Source of the DNA: Eledone cirrhosa
Taxonomy: Eukaryota
DNA length: 64,000 nt
NCBI GenBank assembly: GCA_964016885.1
Contig: OZ024746.1
Location: 64,728,001-64,792,000, forward strand
Direction: 5' to 3'
The notes under the pieces were generated by a model that did no database searches, was not told the origin of the DNA, and saw nothing but the letters and a program-made list of their open reading frames with translations. Positions 59,527 through 64,000 of the stretch are shown piece after piece (position 1 is the stretch's first letter; every line of letters starts with the position of its first letter). The position numbers and the translations under genes are program-made.

Positions 59527-59727
59527 GGACAAAATGAAAACACACACGCACATCGAACAAACAACCAACCAGTAACATGTAAATAAACAAATAAATAAAC
59601 GAATATAAACACACACAGACTCCCGGATGTGGTGCATGCGCAGACTGAGCACATAACACACACACAGAAACAAGATGGTGTAGGACAGAACAAAGGAGAG
59701 GCACAAAAACAAAGAAAAGAATCCCCA

Positions 59728-59770
59728 GTCACTGAAGAGGTCACAGAATGTGTGACGAAAGAACTTTGAC
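59728..59770 (+). ncRNA. Minimal hammerhead in the Penelope 3' pseudo-LTR
   Basis: GTCA-CTGAAGA-G-GTCACA gaatg TGTGAC-GAAA-GaaC-TT^TGAC, about 200 nt after the GIY-YIG stop. Confidence 0.7.
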
Positions 59771-59980
59771 AATATATAAACAACCATCTGGTTGTGGAAC
59801 CAACCAACCAACCGGAAATTTATAAATTCCTAAATTTATAAATTTATTATAATAAATTGAAGTGAAAGCAACTGGTGTGTGTCTTTCTTATTGGCAACAT
59901 GACCCTCCCAAAGTATAACAATATCAGTTTCAACACACGTTTTCAGATAAAGAATCTTGCTAAACAAATTCAGAAACGAA

Positions 59981-60011
<31 letters not shown>

Positions 60012-60081
60012 TATATACATATATAAAAGTATATATATATATATATATAAAAGTATATACATATATATATATATATAAAAG

Positions 60082-60115
<34 letters not shown>

Positions 60116-60152
60116 AGTATATACACATATATATATATATATATAAGTATAT

Positions 60153-60184
<32 letters not shown>

Positions 60185-60567
60185 GTATATACACATATAT
60201 ATATATAAGTATATACACATATATATATATAAATATATACATATATATATATATAAATATATACATATATATATAGTAATAATAATAATAAAATTGAAGA
60301 CTAAAATCCAAAGAGGGCTCGATAAGGAAAATATATATCAAATATATAAGAACCGTAGAGCAAATATTTATTAAAATAACAGATTAAAGTCTCCGGTTGT
60401 AACGTTTTTTGAAATATCCAGTTCTGCGTTTACAGATTGACTTTGTTAGTTTCAGAAGATCCCGTTAAGGGTGAAAGCAGCGATTCTTTGCTTAAACTTT
60501 AATCTGTTATTTTAATAAATACATATATATATATATAAATATATACATATATATAAATATATACATA

Positions 60568-61149
60568 TCTATATATATAAAACAGAGGATGTCTGTGTGT
60601 CTGTTTCCCTAAAACTCGAGAAGTACCCAACCGGTTTTTTTCAAACTTTATACATGTAACTCGTATGACCCCGGAAGTGTTTTGAGCAAAAAAAATTTCA
60701 TTAGGCGATTTAGCGATCTCTTTCTCTTACTCTTTCTCTTTTTAGATAGATACATAGATATGATGTCGCGCCTTCATAATATGTCTGTATGCCTGACTGT
60801 CTGCATTACGTCATTATGACGCGATCAGTGTGTGTGTGTGTATATATTCTTATGCCAGGGAACGTCTTCACGAACCAAAGTATCGTCTTCCTGTTTACCA
60901 GATTGATTTTTTTAGTTTAAGAAGATCCCGTTAAGGTTGAAAGCAGCGATTCTTTGCTTAAACTTTAATATGTTATTTTAATATAGATATTTGTGTACAG
61001 ATATTTTAAATAGACAAAAACAAAATATAAACAAACAAGGCCAAAGATTACATCAATTAGTCTTAGTGTATGTACTTCATACTGCTTTTAGGTAGAATAT
61101 CCCATTAAGGGTGAAAGCAGTGATTCTTTGCTTAAACTTTAGTCTGTTA

Positions 61150-61191
<42 letters not shown>

Positions 61192-61337
61192 TATATTTAT
61201 GGACAGATATTTTTGCATTCACAATAACAAAATATAAACAAACGTATTTATTTCACGAGGTTCGATAAGGATAAATATATATCAAATATATAAGAACCCT
61301 ATAGCAAATCCCGAGCAACGCCGGGCCATTCTGTTAG
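60568..61337 (+). mobile_element. Second Helitron-like element with the same termini as 24110-25007
   Basis: 5' tctatatatataaaacagaggatgtctg; 3' cccgagcaacgccggg...gttag|t. Confidence 0.7.
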
Positions 61338-61475
61338 TAAATATATATATAAATATATACATATAAATATATACATATAAATATATGCAAAAGTTCTATT
61401 TAAATTGTTGGGATACAACAAGCAAATATTTTTATAACTGATATAAAGCACTCGACAAGTATTTGGAGTAAATAT

Positions 61476-61782
61476 ACGATATTAACAAATGGAAACTATA
61501 TTTATAAAACCATATCTATTTTATTATACATATTTCAAGGATACCATGTTAAATTATGATATGCTTTCATCGGACAAAATACAATATATACCAGACATCC
61601 CTGATGTCTTCCAAAAGTAACGGTTGCATTTTGAAAGGGTATGTCAATATTTATTTATAAAACTGGTTTATATTGTATTTTGTCTGATGAAAGCATACCA
61701 TAATTTAACATGGTATCCTTGAAATATGTATAATAAAATAGATATTGTTTTATAAATATAGTTTCCATTTGTTAATATCGTA
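61476..61782. repeat. Fold-back with hammerhead motifs (61676-61740 plus; decayed twin about 61515-61581 minus)
   Basis: TATTTTGT-CTGATGA-AAGCATACCAT...ATGGTATCCTT-GAAA-TATGTA-TA-ATAAAATA. Confidence 0.85.
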
Positions 61783-61830
61783 CATATAAATATATATATA
61801 TATATAAATATATATATATATAATATATAT

Positions 61831-62170
61831 GGAGACATATGGCTTAGGTTGTGAGTTCAATTCTCAGACCGGGTGATGTGTTGTTTCCTTGAGCAAGACA
61901 CTTTATTTCACATTGCTCCAGTTTACTCAGCTGTAGAAATGAGATGATAGGACTGGGGTCCCCATCATTCCACTGCAAAGTGGTCATGGAGGTGCCACGG
62001 CAAAAAAGCACCCTGCCCACACTGTAAAACGGAAAAAAAGCACCCAGCACTCAGTGTAAATGAGGTTGGTGTTAGGAAGGGCATCCAGCTGTAGAAATCA
62101 AGCCAGAATCAGTTCCCGTCCCACCCTTGCAAGCAGGGAAAAGCGGACGTAAAATGGTGATGATGATGAT
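61831..62170 (+). mobile_element. SINE with Meta/CORE-like body and RTE-derived 3' tail
   Basis: ccttgagcaagacactttatttcac core; tail ggttggtgttaggaagggcatccagctgtagaaa...ggacgtaaaatggtgatgatgat. Confidence 0.8.
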
Positions 62171-62478
62171 ATATATATATATATCAAACCCATGCTAGCG
62201 TGGAAGATGGATGTTAAACGATGATGATGATGATGATGCTGATATATATATCTATATATTTATTATAATAACAGATTAAAGTTTAAGCAAAGAATTGCTG
62301 CTTTCACTCTTAACGGGATCTTCTGAAAGCAGCGATTCTTTGCTTAAACTTTAATCTGTTATTTTAATAAATATTTGCTCTAGGGTTCTTATATATCTGA
62401 TCTATATTTATCCTTATCGAGCCCTCTTTGGATTTTAGTCTTCAAATTTATTATTATTACTATTATTATTATTATTAC

Positions 62479-62521
<43 letters not shown>

Positions 62522-62524
62522 TTA

Positions 62525-62730
62525 TATGAAAAGATTCAGGACCTAGATGGCTGAGCTCAGGCCATTTCGACAGCTAGATCCGAACTTAGTTTGCATCTAA
62601 CTGTCGAAATGACCCAAGCTCAGCCACCGGGGTCCTGAATCTTTTCATATTACCCACTCTACTACCCCAAGTATTGAGTACTCTGGTGGGTTATGGTCCA
62701 CCTGATTTTTTACCACACCCTATCTGATAT
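62525..62730. repeat. Dispersed fold-back repeat family (related pieces near 12682, 14735-14863, 20620-20750, 56905 and 58640)
   Basis: atgaaaagattcaggacc / ggtcctgaatcttttcat inverted pair, followed by cccactctactaccccaagtattgagtactctgg. Confidence 0.75.
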
Positions 62731-62891
62731 ATATATATATAGTGTGTGCATGTGTGTGTTTATGTGTAAATCTGTATGTGTGGGGATTATGTTCGCATGT
62801 GTCTGTGAATGTGTCATTTGCAGAACATTGATATTGTAAAATTCTTGCTAAGTGATTGCTGCACACTCTCTTCTTTAAGTATCCCTTAAGA

Positions 62892-63448
62892 CTATACTAC
62901 TACAACAACAACTACAACAACTTCTATCACCACCACCACTACCACCACTACTACTACTACTACAACTTCTATCACCACCACTACTACTACTACTACAACT
63001 ACAACTTCTATCACCACCACCACCACCACCACTACCACTACTACTACTACTACTACAACTTCTATCACCACCACCACAACTACTACTACTACAACTTCTA
63101 TCACCACTACTACTACAACTACAACAACTTCTAACACTACCACTACTACTACTACAACTTCTATCACCACTACTACAACTACAATTTCTAACACTACCAC
63201 TACTACTACAACTTCTATCACCACCACCACCACCACCACCACTACTACTACTACTTCTATCACCTCCACCACCCCACCACCACCACCACTACTACTACTA
63301 CAACTTCTATCACCACTACTACAACTACAATTTCTAACACTACCACTACTACTACAACTTCTATCATCACCACCACAACTATTACTACTACTACTACTAC
63401 TACAATCACCACCAACACCACTACTACTACTACTACTAACTAACTAAC
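62892..63448. repeat. (ACT/ACC)n with a higher-order acaacttctatc unit
   Basis: Seen directly. Confidence 0.95.
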
Positions 63449-64000
63449 CACATATAAGTAAGGTTTTATTTTTCTTGGTTTCTAGTGATATTTACAGTTT
63501 TCGGAGTAAAAGCAAATGATGAGCGAATGATATTGTATTGTTATTGTTGTTATTGTTTAGCATTCTGTCAGTACTGGCAAAGTGCCGACTTATGGTGTAA
63601 GACAACCCTTCCATGACCATTCACACTTAAACCCCAGTCATATTGTACTTTGGTCAACACTGTAATGGGTCATTTTTATTTAAATTGTTAGTGTGGATTT
63701 TGAGGGGGAAATTTGGCTGTTATGTCTAGCAGATTAAGTATCTTACTTGTGGAGCCCATCATCATAAGCATAATTAATCATCATCATCACCTTCCATCAT
63801 CATCATCATCATCATCATTATCATTTGCATGTCTGCTCTTCCAGGCTTGAAATGGGTTGATATTGATTATTATATGTCGATTAGTTATTGATCATTGTCA
63901 TATTTTGACAGTGAGACAAAACAAAATATTCATCAGCCTCCACCCACTTACATGTATACACATAAACCAATGAGGTAACCTCTATGCAGTCTCTTGATAT

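Overview
Repeat-saturated, AT-rich animal genomic DNA. The SINE families, RTE tails and microsatellite load resemble a cephalopod (octopus-like) genome; this taxon call is inference. The only likely host coding sequence is a terminal exon at 1073-1230 ending GYHPYRR*, resembling DAZAP1/hrp48. The rest is retroelements, DNA transposons and simple repeats: one apparently intact two-ORF CR1-group LINE (about 47987-52745, minus strand) and a decayed relative, several RTE, RLE-type and Penelope-like fragments, tRNA-derived SINEs, hAT- and mariner-type MITEs, Helitron-like elements, a ~6 kb (TA)n-derived array and a 200-N gap. Three observations stand out. (1) At least eleven type I hammerhead-ribozyme folds occur, including compensated U3-A8 core variants and a 591-bp tandem duplication with one hammerhead per unit (retrozyme-like). 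(2) The intact LINE's ORF2 has no AUG before its endonuclease and overlaps ORF1 in the -1 frame across two canonical slippery heptamers. (3) An RTE insertion shows twin-priming (5' inversion) architecture with a TSD. All folds and alignments were done by eye, and the edges of decayed elements are approximate.
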